The notes beneath the pieces were generated by a model. The model saw only the letters and a list, made by a program, of their open reading frames with translations, was not told where the DNA came from and did no database searches. The position numbers and the translations under genes were made by a program. From the IMG/VR virus record IMGVR_UViG_3300048571_000088, positions 62,001-126,000 of that record: a stretch of 64,000 bases of DNA, one strand, 5' to 3'. The first letter of the stretch is position 1; each line of letters begins with the position of its first letter. Of the stretch, positions 18,188 to 27,750 are shown one piece after another.

Positions 18188-19426
18188 TTAAATGATTTCT
18201 GCTGAATTGTAATTTTCTGATTCAACAGTTTCATCAAGAATTGTTTGTTCGTTGATTGATTCTTCATTCAAACTTGCAAGCATGGCTTCCAATGAATCTG
18301 GAATTGAATCAATTGCATTGGAATGCAAAGATAAACCGTTACTTGGATTTGCATTCTGAGTGTAAGAATTGATTCGAACGCCAACAAAAGAATGTCCATT
18401 TCGAGCACTGTTGTTTCCAACTGTTGCAACGAATGTTTGAACTTGACCTTGAACGAACATTTCTGTTGGTGTTTCTGTCACTTCTTCAAAGACCATTGAA
18501 CGAGTTCGAGCATCTTCTTTGCCAGTATTGAATGCTGTATCCATTACTGTTGCAATGATTGCTGTTTGATGTCCTTGGGAATCTTGAGCAGTTGCCATTG
18601 TTGAAGTTGCGTGCATTCCTTTTTCAGTGTTGGTTAAAGAATTGCGACCAATATTCAATCCTGTTTCATCTGGAGCAGAAGAAGTATTGGTAACAATGAA
18701 TCCATTTACACTGTTTACTGTTGGACAGTAAGTAAACTTGAATCGTTCTGCTAGACCTTTTAGATCACCCCAAGGATTTGTTGCACTTTGAGATGCTGGT
18801 GATAAAGCGTAAACAGGAACGATATTTTCAGTCAGGAAAACTTGTGAACGACGAAGTAAACCTTTTGCAATCACTTTCTTACGGATTTCTTGATATTGCT
18901 CAAATGCTTGTTTGGTTGCATCTTTAGCCAATTCTTCATCAGTGATTGTTGCTTCAATTTCACTGATCGCTTTCATCAAGATTTCGTAAGCTTGAGTTGT
19001 TACTGTGTTTGGTACATCTAGAGCTGGTAAATGTACATCACGGAATTGACAGTCTGAAGCTAATAAAGCATTGAATGAGTTTGCTTTACCATCAATCTTA
19101 AGAGACTGAAACATATCAAACACACCTTTTGCTGTGTTACGATATACTGATTCACCTTTATTCGTAATGCTTAATTCAGCTCGTCCGTTAACTGCTACCC
19201 AAATTGTACGAGTTGCATTGAGTCCACTAGAGTATGGTTCAATGATGTACATTGGAATGCAATGATAGGTTGTTACTTTACCTTTACTATTAAGTAATGG
19301 GATATTTTCTACGATTCGTGAGGAATGACGAAAAGCCAATACTGTTGCTAGTAGTTGGCAAGGAGTCGACCGTTGATTGGTTTGGACTTTTGCTTGTGTT
19401 GCTTGAGAGAGGTCTAGAGAAGACAT
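18188..19426 (-). CDS. 412-aa beta-rich protein with an acidic tail; possible OB-fold ssDNA-binding protein
   Basis: C-terminal FVQGQVQT...VGVRI resembles SSB strands, followed by an acidic tail; function is inference. Confidence 0.7.
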   Translation of the reverse strand: MSSLDLSQATQAKVQTNQRSTPCQLLATVLAFRHSSRIVENIPLLNSKGKVTTYHCIPMYIIEPYSSGLNATRTIWVAVNGRAELSITNKGESVYRNTAKGVFDMFQSLKIDGKANSFNALLASDCQFRDVHLPALDVPNTVTTQAYEILMKAISEIEATITDEELAKDATKQAFEQYQEIRKKVIAKGLLRRSQVFLTENIVPVYALSPASQSATNPWGDLKGLAERFKFTYCPTVNSVNGFIVTNTSSAPDETGLNIGRNSLTNTEKGMHATSTMATAQDSQGHQTAIIATVMDTAFNTGKEDARTRSMVFEEVTETPTEMFVQGQVQTFVATVGNNSARNGHSFVGVRINSYTQNANPSNGLSLHSNAIDSIPDSLEAMLASLNEESINEQTILDETVESENYNSAEII

Positions 19427-19462
19427 GGTTTAGATCCTGTAGTGGATGGATGGGTTTTGTAA

Positions 19463-19641
19463 CAGTGCTATCAAGGAGTAGAGAGCACTGGTATAAGATT
19501 TTGTTTGTGTTTAATCTTATACCAGTGATATCTTTTACTGTGTATATTAATATGAAAAGACAGCTTTTGGTTTGTTTTAAAACAATAAGTATTGAGAGTG
19601 TAAAAGAGGTGTTTATCGAGTTGAAGCGAGATAAACACCTC
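19463..19641 (-). promoter_or_regulatory. structured leader of the RNAP1 operon (overlapping hairpins)
   Basis: 15-bp stem 19486-19527, 12-bp stem 19606-19641 and a competing 7-bp stem 19463-19490. Confidence 0.55.
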
Positions 19642-19792
19642 ATAAGTTCATTGGATGGTTTGTTGTGTTGCTTATATATTATATATTGCTATATCTGTTG
19701 TTAGTATTTATAGCTTTAGCTTCTGTATTCTAAGATTTGGGTACAGTAAGGAAGAAAAGTTAAGGTCTGTGGTTAGCAGATTAAGTAGCCAT

Positions 19793-20377
19793 TTATACCT
19801 GATTTGACTGTTTTAGTTTTATCTCTAAAGTCATGTACATCTTATTCGAGCAAAAACTATTTGGTGCCCTGTGGAAATCTGACACACTATAGAGAAAACT
19901 ATCATGATTTTTTAATTCATTGTCTTCACAACTTACTAATAAACTAATACTGTTAGTATTATATTTTGAAAAGTCACATCCTGCATATGTAGCACCCATT
20001 ATTATAATACTGTCTTCGTATGTGTAACTATCATGTAATATTTCACTCGTTAAGAGTTTAATGTATTCATTTTCTTTAATGACTTTTTGAATGTTTTCTG
20101 ATTTATGTTGTTCATAATTAGCCGCAGGGTCATCAAGATAAATATTTTTAATTCTTAAATTATTTCTAAGATTGTTTAAACTTAGTGCTAGATCTATACT
20201 TAGTTGTTCCGAGCTTGGTAATATAATTACACTATTAGGTTTTAAATGGAAAAGACCTTCTTTATTTGTTTTATTAATAACTTGTATAATTACTGATAAA
20301 ATATTCTCTGCGTATTCGATTGAAGTTGTTTTTTCTATTTCTGATTCAAATTTATTAAGTAACATATTATTAAACAT
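19793..20377 (-). CDS. hypothetical protein
   Basis: 194-aa ORF coupled to the upstream gene. Confidence 0.65.
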   Translation of the reverse strand: MFNNMLLNKFESEIEKTTSIEYAENILSVIIQVINKTNKEGLFHLKPNSVIILPSSEQLSIDLALSLNNLRNNLRIKNIYLDDPAANYEQHKSENIQKVIKENEYIKLLTSEILHDSYTYEDSIIIMGATYAGCDFSKYNTNSISLLVSCEDNELKNHDSFLYSVSDFHRAPNSFCSNKMYMTLEIKLKQSNQV

Positions 20378-20783
20378 TAGTTTCTTCTTTAGTTAAAGTT
20401 ATGGTTAATACAAAAGTTGTTGTTAATAACTCAAAAAAGTTATTACGAATTTTTGAAGGAATTTCTTCTGAATCTAGTATCAGTGTGATAGCGTCTTCTT
20501 CACCTAATTCATCTTTTAAATAATCTAAATTTAATGTATCTAATTTATTTATATCTATTACAGTGAGTCTTGATTTATTTATGCTTAATTTTTCGGAGTA
20601 ACGTTGTTTTTCAGAACCTTCTAAATATTGTTCTGGATTATTCGTAAGTATGAATGTACTTACATTTTTCATTTTAAGCATTTGAATATATTTTCGTATA
20701 TAAGTAATAAAATCTTTTTCTGCTGGTTTAATGTTTAAGTTACTTTTAATAAATTGTATATTTTTGTATGTATATCGATACAT
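20370..20783 (-). CDS. hypothetical protein
   Basis: 137-aa ORF with AAGGA SD. Confidence 0.65.
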   Translation of the reverse strand: MYRYTYKNIQFIKSNLNIKPAEKDFITYIRKYIQMLKMKNVSTFILTNNPEQYLEGSEKQRYSEKLSINKSRLTVIDINKLDTLNLDYLKDELGEEDAITLILDSEEIPSKIRNNFFELLTTTFVLTITLTKEETNV

Positions 20784-20803
20784 GTTATTTATCCTTTATG
20801 TTA

Positions 20804-22121
20804 TTATTTAGATATTTCGTATTTATCTTCTAGCCAATTTTTTAAAAAGGTTCTCATTCTTTTGGAAGGTATATACAGATTAATCTCTTCATTGTTTCTT
20901 ATTGCTGATCTCCAAATAAACTGTACCATCTCAGATATAGCATATACATCTTCTTTAACACTAAAGCCCCTAGCTGATGAGGCTTTAACTAATTCAGGAT
21001 TAGGGTAAAGATTAAGAAGGTAAGCTACTGTATGTCGATCTCCATAGTTATTAGTAGCTTTAGTATTCATTGGTAACCATTCATTTGAATAATTGTTGAC
21101 ACCGTTCTTCTGTACTCTTGTTTTACAATCTTTAAAACAAGTCCAGAGTAAATCTGATTTTTTACATTTGGCTTTATTTCTAATGTAATTGTCTAAGTTA
21201 GCAGAAAGTGTGTCTTTGACTGCTGTTTGTTTGCAGTTAGTAGAAGATAAAGCAGATTCTTTACTGCCTGTTTCATTTAATTTCCCTCTTAAAGTGTCTT
21301 CGTAGACATTAATTAGATGTTTTATTTCTGAAGGTTTTTTACCAAATCTGATAACTTCATAATCTAAGCCATGAGCTTTTAAGTAAGTAGCCATGATATT
21401 ATCTTCGAACATGTATGTGGCAATCCATACTTCTTTAAAAGCTTTTAAAGCATTAATTGCAAGTTCCCATATCACTACTTTTCCGTCTATCAGCATTAAC
21501 TGCCCTAAGTCACACAAAGTAGCAAATGTTTCGTAATAAGTATCTTTAGTAGTATCTCTTCCGTTAGAAGTGTCTCCATAATTTTCTCTGTGAAATTTAA
21601 GAGTAATCCCGTCTGTTTCTTCTAGTGTGATCCAACCATTATCAAACATAGCTTTTATTTCTTTCTCATTGTAGACATCATAGATCTCATACACACTTAA
21701 CATCTCATCAATTACTAAGATATAATCTCTAGCCTGCTTAAGTATTTCTGGTGTTAAGTTAACAAAGAGTTGATGAGTACTTACTATGTTATCATTATTC
21801 TTTAATAACTGAGGAAGAGATTCAGCCTTACCTCCTTTATTCGAGAAATAAGGATGTTTGAACACTCTATCTTTAAGAGGAGTTTCTTCTGCTTCGTTAT
21901 ATTGGTACAGTAAAGAAGAATCATCACTCTCTACAATGATCGGCCTTTTATATAAGTCTTCAGGATCATACACTGTTCCTGCAATTCTGTGACACTCTGT
22001 GAGTAGTGGTGTTATAAATATGTACTTTTGAGACATGTCAGAGTTTTTAATATTTTCAATAACCTTAGTTGTTTTGCCTGACCCGCATCATTGCATCGTA
22101 CACTTTAATGTTTGTTTTCAT
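20804..22121 (-). pseudogene. SF2 helicase-like / origin-binding protein, +1 frameshift at 22085 inside Walker A
   Basis: ATG 22121 with SD gives MKTNIKVYDAMM-(extra C)-GSGKTT, then LVIDE (Walker B) and EMVQFIWRSAIR; paralog of 23251..24576. Confidence 0.8.
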
Positions 22122-22183
22122 AGTTGTAATTCCTTAGTTAGTGGGTTGATGCACACAAGAGAGGTACACACCATTACCTCTCT

Positions 22184-22212
22184 ATTATAACAAGTTAGAG
22201 TTAACTTGTCAA
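22184..22212 (-). promoter_or_regulatory. perfect consensus sigma70 promoter
   Basis: Minus strand TTGACA-17 nt-TATAAT. Confidence 0.85.
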
Positions 22213-23164
22213 CTCCCTCTCTAGCTAAATCGTATTGAGAGAAAAACCTCTCTAGCTAAATCAAAAAAACCCTATTTTTTAGCGCTCTAATTGAGATTAA
22301 CCTTAAGAAGAATAAGTTTAAAAATATAAAAGAGTAGTTCTAGTTTACTCGTACTCCCTTTCGGTCGTAGTCGTAAACTCCAAGATTCTTTCTTAGCTTC
22401 CTATCGTTTCCAGTCATATATCTGTGTACTTCGTACCCATCTATATTTCTTACCACTTATAGTTATTATTGTAGTAGTACTTAATCTTTAAAAGAAAGTA
22501 AGTAAAGAGAAGAAGGTACTAATACTTAATAATGTCTAGGAAAGATCTATGTAGTTTCTTATTTCTTATAGCTAGTATTTGTACATCCATCTTTTTTACT
22601 TATCTTTTCATAGGTATGTACTTTTCTTTGCTAAGTAAGTATTTTTATTAAATGTTTATTTCTTAAAAGGTACTAAGAAACTATAGGAAGGAAAGAGAAA
22701 ATTAAAGAATTTCTTGTTACCAGATTATTCTTACTCCTTCCAGTCGTACTCATAATCTTACAGATATTTATCAAATAGGTACCTAATCTGAAGAGAATAC
22801 TAGGAAACAAGAGGAGACCGAACCGGAGGTTTGGGGTACGAGTGTTTAGCTAGCTGGAAGCTAGACAATAAGATACCTTTCAAAGAGAACTTTAGTTTAC
22901 GAATGCGATGCGTCAGCGGAGCAAGAGTAAACAGAGAACTACTCTTTTAATGTAGGGCTTTAAAAAATAATTCTTTTAAAATTAAATACTTGGAAGCCAT
23001 TTTACTCAATTTCTAGGAGATTAGACCCCCCCCCCTTAGGGCTTTCCAGGGAAAGGTTCGTAAAATCAAATACTTGGAAGCCATTTTAGAGAATTTATAG
23101 GAACATATAAACATTGATGTTTATATGTATGCAGTTCTCTGTTTTATTCCTATGAATAAACTTA
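22213..23164. other. candidate replication origin (AT-rich non-coding region with direct repeats)
   Basis: About 1 kb without ORFs; 16-bp repeat at 22216/22247, 21-bp repeat at 22984/23068, C10 run at 23026-23035; flanked by divergent helicase-like genes. Confidence 0.55.
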
Positions 23165-23193
23165 TTGCATTTTCCTAGGACATATGTTATATT
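23165..23193 (+). promoter_or_regulatory. sigma70-like promoter
   Basis: TTGCAT-17 nt-TATATT upstream of 23251. Confidence 0.65.
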
Positions 23194-23250
23194 AAATAGT
23201 AAGCTACTAAAAATGTCTTTGGTAGCATATTAAGGAGAGCCACACAACAG

Positions 23251-24576
23251 ATGACTAAAATTACAGTAATAGATGCAATAATGGGAGCAGGAAAGAGTTC
23301 TTATATTACCCATCTTATTCATAAAGCACCACATGATCAATCTTTTCTTTACATCACTCCGTTACTAAGTGAATGTCACAGGGTAGCTTGTACTACTTCA
23401 ACAAGATCTAAAGGAGAACCACCAAAGAGAGATTCTAATAATAATATTATCTATACAGAAACTACTAATCCTAATGCAGTAGATATAAGATATAGAAAGT
23501 TTAAACACCCTGAAGTGAAGAGTAGTGGAGGTAAGATTGATAGTTTAAAATATCTAGTTGAGCATAAGCATAATATTACTTCTACCCACTCATTACTCCT
23601 AAGACTAGAAGCGCAAAAAACAGAGTTATTTAATCTTAAAGATTATATATTGATAGTAGATGAAGCTTTAAATGCTTACTCTGAATATGATCAACTCAGT
23701 GCTTATACTGTTAAGCAACAGATTAAGAATGGATTATTTAGTATAGATCCAGATGGGTTTACACTTTTATTTCATCCAGAAGTTATAGGTACAACAGGGA
23801 GTATAGAAGGTTTAACTCAGTTAGAAGAGTATGCTGAACTTTGTAACAGGAGAGTATTACTTTTTGTGGGAGGTAAGATTATAGTTTGGGAGTTAAGTCC
23901 TGATTTATTAAACTCATTTAAAGAGGTGTGGTTTTGCACGTACCAATATAAAGGTACAGTATTGGATACTTATTTAATATCCAATGGATTTCAAGTACAG
24001 ATTACAACAATACCTACTAATAAGAAACCTTCTGACTATAAGCCTCTTATTACTATTATTGAAGAAGATAAACTGAATGCTATAGGCGCAGAAAAATACT
24101 CTTTAAGCTACACTGCTATGGAAGAGGTAGAAACTTTAGAAGTACTCAGAAAGAATTTGATGAATTTTTTTATCACTAAATGCTGTAACGCTACAGCGAA
24201 AGATCGTATCTGGACTTCCTATAAAGAGAAAAGAGATGTTAATAATAGAATTATTATTGTTAATAAAGTTATAGCAGGCAAAAATTACTTTAAACAATGG
24301 TTACCATTTAATACTAAAGCAACTAATGAATATTCTAATTGTCACAACGTAGCTTACCTTTGTAATATATTTCTTAATGTAGATATTAAGACTGTTGCTA
24401 GTAAGAAAGGTCATCCAGTTGATGAAGACATGCATGCGTTAAACGAGATGATCCAGTTTATCTGGAGATCTGCAATTAGAAACCAAGAACCAATTAATTT
24501 ATATATACCTTCTGCAAGAATGAGAAATCTCTTCAAGAGTTGGTTAAATGATGAGTACGAAATTAAGGAACTCTAA
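23251..24576 (+). CDS. SF2 helicase-like / origin-binding protein
   Basis: DAIMGAGKS Walker A, LIVDE Walker B, EMIQFIWRSAIR motif VI-like. Confidence 0.85.
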   Translation: MTKITVIDAIMGAGKSSYITHLIHKAPHDQSFLYITPLLSECHRVACTTSTRSKGEPPKRDSNNNIIYTETTNPNAVDIRYRKFKHPEVKSSGGKIDSLKYLVEHKHNITSTHSLLLRLEAQKTELFNLKDYILIVDEALNAYSEYDQLSAYTVKQQIKNGLFSIDPDGFTLLFHPEVIGTTGSIEGLTQLEEYAELCNRRVLLFVGGKIIVWELSPDLLNSFKEVWFCTYQYKGTVLDTYLISNGFQVQITTIPTNKKPSDYKPLITIIEEDKLNAIGAEKYSLSYTAMEEVETLEVLRKNLMNFFITKCCNATAKDRIWTSYKEKRDVNNRIIIVNKVIAGKNYFKQWLPFNTKATNEYSNCHNVAYLCNIFLNVDIKTVASKKGHPVDEDMHALNEMIQFIWRSAIRNQEPINLYIPSARMRNLFKSWLNDEYEIKEL

Positions 24577-24583
24577 TCTAAAC

Positions 24584-24615
24584 AGAGAAGTTTGCAACTT
24601 ACTACAAACTTCTCT
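24584..24615. terminator. hairpin between convergent genes
   Basis: AGAGAAGTTTG...CAAACTTCTCT. Confidence 0.65.
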
Positions 24616-24622
24616 CAACAAC

Positions 24623-25168
24623 CTAGTTAAACTTTCTGAAGGTTAAAGAAATTCTTCCACCTTTATGTACCTTCTTTTCTATTCCATGTGTATAGAGTTT
24701 TTGACATCCAGCACCCATTACTAAGACATCTCCATCTTTAAGAGGAATACTTACAACTTCACAGTCTTTCTTATTCTTTAGTATGAAATCACAACTATCT
24801 CCTAAAGATACAGATACTACTACTGGATCTATACCTAACTCTCGTTCATCATCTGAGTGTTGAGAAATCCCTGCATTAGCACCATCTGGATAGTAGTTTA
24901 ATAAGCAAGCATTGAAACTCGTACCATTTTGCTCATTGATCACTCCCATCAATTGTAAGAGACGTTTATCCCAAGGTTGAGCTTTCATTACTAAACCACT
25001 GAAAGCATAATCTTTTCCCATGCTACAGACACCTCGACTAATCTGTCTTCCGTAGAAGGTAGGATATACCCAAGGTACTGTCTTTATGAGACGTTGTAAG
25101 TGGTGTTGAGTATTCTTAACTTTTAGCTCAGAAAAGAATACATCACACTTGGATACTAAGGAAGTCAT
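24623..25168 (-). CDS. alkB: AlkB-family 2OG-Fe(II) dioxygenase
   Basis: NACLLNYY, HSDDE (HxD), THGI and RISLTFR motifs; likely start MTSLV at 25168. Confidence 0.9.
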   Translation of the reverse strand: MTSLVSKCDVFFSELKVKNTQHHLQRLIKTVPWVYPTFYGRQISRGVCSMGKDYAFSGLVMKAQPWDKRLLQLMGVINEQNGTSFNACLLNYYPDGANAGISQHSDDERELGIDPVVVSVSLGDSCDFILKNKKDCEVVSIPLKDGDVLVMGAGCQKLYTHGIEKKVHKGGRISLTFRKFN

Positions 25169-25234
25169 ATTTCTCTCTCTGTTGTAAACACACATGTATG
25201 ATTTGATAATACAATCCAAATCATACAAGTTTAT

Positions 25235-25651
25235 TTACTCAGTTACACCTAGTAAAGAAAGAATATACATACCTTTGATAGTTGCAGCTTCTTTACTTTT
25301 GTAGATTAAACCAGCCAGACAAAGATGGGCTTTTGCTAAGCTACTACTGTTCCTTGTTTGAGCAATGGTTGGGTTAGTGATATCTACAATCCAAACGTCA
25401 CCGTAGACATCCTCAATATTTCTTATCGGTTTGACGTTAACTAGATTCCCTACGTATTCATACTCTGGGAGCCGTTCTTTCTTACATACTAGCACCTCAA
25501 CGTCATAAGGATCTACTGTGAGTGCAGAAAGGTCACCGAACGTAATCTCTTCAAAAGACAATTCATTCTTTTTACGAATGAAAATACCCTTTGAAGTATC
25601 CTTACAATGAATAATGATTGGATCGATGAAAGGATGGGTTTGTTGTGTCAT
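25235..25651 (-). CDS. hypothetical phage protein (dispersed paralog family)
   Basis: KPI...VWIVD...GLIYKSKEAA. Confidence 0.65.
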   Translation of the reverse strand: MTQQTHPFIDPIIIHCKDTSKGIFIRKKNELSFEEITFGDLSALTVDPYDVEVLVCKKERLPEYEYVGNLVNVKPIRNIEDVYGDVWIVDITNPTIAQTRNSSSLAKAHLCLAGLIYKSKEAATIKGMYILSLLGVTE

Positions 25652-25655
25652 TACA

Positions 25656-26078
25656 TTACTCCATTACAACAGGGCTGAGATTGATTTTGGAACGAAGGTG
25701 TAAAGCCACCCGTTGAGCTTCAATTTCGTCTATATACAACAAGCCTTCTTTTAGAAGACGTTGAATGTAAGTAGAGTGTTTATTCCATTTGATACGTGTC
25801 CATCCAGTTGCTGAGATGATAGATGGAGTAACTAGAACAGTTTTGGGATCTTCAGGTAATTCTTCAATACCTGAGAATAATGGAAGTTCATACTTATCCA
25901 TTACACCTACATAGAACTGATAACTTAGTACCCGATGTAAGTTATCAATACGTAGGGACATATTAACGAAAGGACGAAAACGATCATTTCCTTCCTTAGA
26001 TTCTCGATACCAGACCTTTGAGTCCCCTGCTACAGCTAACTCACAAGCTTCTTGAAAGCTAATGTACTTCATAAGCAT
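25656..26078 (-). CDS. hypothetical phage protein (dispersed paralog family)
   Basis: LLKEGLLY...EAQRVA. Confidence 0.65.
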   Translation of the reverse strand: MLMKYISFQEACELAVAGDSKVWYRESKEGNDRFRPFVNMSLRIDNLHRVLSYQFYVGVMDKYELPLFSGIEELPEDPKTVLVTPSIISATGWTRIKWNKHSTYIQRLLKEGLLYIDEIEAQRVALHLRSKINLSPVVME

Positions 26079-26091
26079 GGTGTTACTCCTG

Positions 26092-26277
26092 TTAGATTTT
26101 GTTGCTTAAGAGAAACAAAAAAGCTTCTTTAATAAATGGAGTTTCTAAAAATACTCCATTCCGATACATGCAGCGAAACATAATTTTACTACGATAAAAT
26201 ATACGAACGCTTGCATTCCCATTGGTAACTTTCATACGCATGTTGTTACTCCTGGTTAAACTTGAGGTTTTATCCAC
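26092..26277 (-). CDS. hypothetical protein
   Basis: 61-aa ORF. Confidence 0.45.
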   Translation of the reverse strand: MDKTSSLTRSNNMRMKVTNGNASVRIFYRSKIMFRCMYRNGVFLETPFIKEAFLFLLSNKI

Positions 26278-26465
26278 TTGTGGAAATCCATTTCAACTTG
26301 ACGGGATTGAGAAATCCACCCAAAAGCAGTTTCAATATCATAAAGAGTAACTGGAACATCTTTATGTCCAAGTTCACACATTTTGTTTGAAAGCTGAGGA
26401 TAATTTACAATGTCAGGATTTTCAGATAAAACCTGACACATTAATTCATAAGCAGGACTAGTCAC
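26256..26465 (-). CDS. hypothetical protein
   Basis: 69-aa ORF. Confidence 0.6.
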   Translation of the reverse strand: MTSPAYELMCQVLSENPDIVNYPQLSNKMCELGHKDVPVTLYDIETAFGWISQSRQVEMDFHKWIKPQV

Positions 26466-26476
26466 ATTAGGCGCCC

Positions 26477-26719
26477 CTAGAAAAAGGTTAGGTACACGAT
26501 GATATATGCTACATAAGCAAATGCCATACGTGAGGGATAATCAAGCTTCTCTTTAGTGCCTAGCAGAACAAGCAAAGCTGCTACAGTTGTGAGTGAAACA
26601 ACTAGTACTGAGTACCAAAAGAGGAACTGTAGTACCATTACAAGAAGGAGTGTAAGCATTTCAGTGATCTCCGTGGGGTTAATACAACAATCCAGTAAGT
26701 TCTGGATATAACGTTTCAA
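26477..26719 (-). CDS. small membrane protein
   Basis: Two hydrophobic segments. Confidence 0.6.
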   Translation of the reverse strand: MKRYIQNLLDCCINPTEITEMLTLLLVMVLQFLFWYSVLVVSLTTVAALLVLLGTKEKLDYPSRMAFAYVAYIIVYLTFF

Positions 26720-27128
26720 AAGGAATCTCTCTTACTACACGAGTATGTGCTTCAATACCAGATTCAGTAAATAACAGAACTTGTTTAGTAAGCTCTACAA
26801 CATCTTCATCTTTTATATCCAGTTCACTAAGAACACATTCATTAACGAACATATCAATGCAATCATCAACGTCAAACCAATCCTTAGCTTGCTGTCTACT
26901 AGAGAAAGCAAAATAAACTTGCTTTCCCGCGTCATGTCTGTTGCCGATAAAGGATTGAAATCTTTTTTCAGAGTCTCTACATGGTTTTGCTACGCTTTCA
27001 CGCGCAACTATCAGACGTGTTTCACTATCAACATCATGACCATCTTTCAATGCTAGTCGTGTGTGTTTGTCGGCTCTGTAGCAACCAACATCAAGCTTAC
27101 CTTTCTGATGAAATCGAAAAACTCTCAT
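26679..27128 (-). CDS. hypothetical protein, possibly ADP-ribosyltransferase-like fold (start MRVFRF at 27128)
   Basis: VFR...FAFSS..Q...WF...QVL pattern; weak. Confidence 0.6.
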   Translation of the reverse strand: MRVFRFHQKGKLDVGCYRADKHTRLALKDGHDVDSETRLIVARESVAKPCRDSEKRFQSFIGNRHDAGKQVYFAFSSRQQAKDWFDVDDCIDMFVNECVLSELDIKDEDVVELTKQVLLFTESGIEAHTRVVREIPFETLYPELTGLLY

Positions 27129-27192
27129 AACAATACCTCTCTTAGTGAAACCATACATATGAGTACTCAATTACGAATACTCATAAGTCTGA

Positions 27193-27720
27193 TTACAGTT
27201 CTTGATCAATACAGAAATGATCTTTCAACTCTTGAAGAGTGTCAACAGCATGGTACTTCAATTCCGTTGGTACGAAATCAAGACCTTTAACTTCTTTCAA
27301 AGCAGTAATAAAGTTAGTGATAGGACAGTAAGCATAAAGATAATACGAGTTACAACTCTCATCAGCTTCTATCCAACCTAAGATAGTATTAAAATGTTCT
27401 GTCTTTACAACAGCTATGTTCGTACCATCTTGAAAGATACCAATATACTGAACAGGTGTAGGAGCACCATTGAAAGCTAACTGTTTGGTAAGTTTCTCAA
27501 CCTTACCTTTTCGTCCTTTCTCAATAAGCTCTGCATTCAACATTCGACGTTCAATCATCATATCAATGATACCTAGTACCTGACCAATCTCCACATCTAC
27601 AGGATTGTTCTGCAGATGAATTGATTCAGTACCAAAACGAGCTAACTTGTGGAAACAAGTCGATACTTCAAGACATTCTTCACTCAAATTCATGAGCAAC
27701 ACTTGATAAAGATCTTTCAT
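27193..27720 (-). CDS. MazG-like all-alpha NTP pyrophosphohydrolase domain protein
   Basis: LSEECLEV...KLARFG...EIGQVLGII. Confidence 0.65.
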   Translation of the reverse strand: MKDLYQVLLMNLSEECLEVSTCFHKLARFGTESIHLQNNPVDVEIGQVLGIIDMMIERRMLNAELIEKGRKGKVEKLTKQLAFNGAPTPVQYIGIFQDGTNIAVVKTEHFNTILGWIEADESCNSYYLYAYCPITNFITALKEVKGLDFVPTELKYHAVDTLQELKDHFCIDQEL

Positions 27721-27750
27721 AACAATGTTCCTTACAGTGTGGAGTGATTA

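Noticed and set aside
23026-23035. C10 homopolymer as a phase-variation switch
   Set aside because: It is non-coding and not between the -35 and -10 of the identified promoters; no evidence of function.
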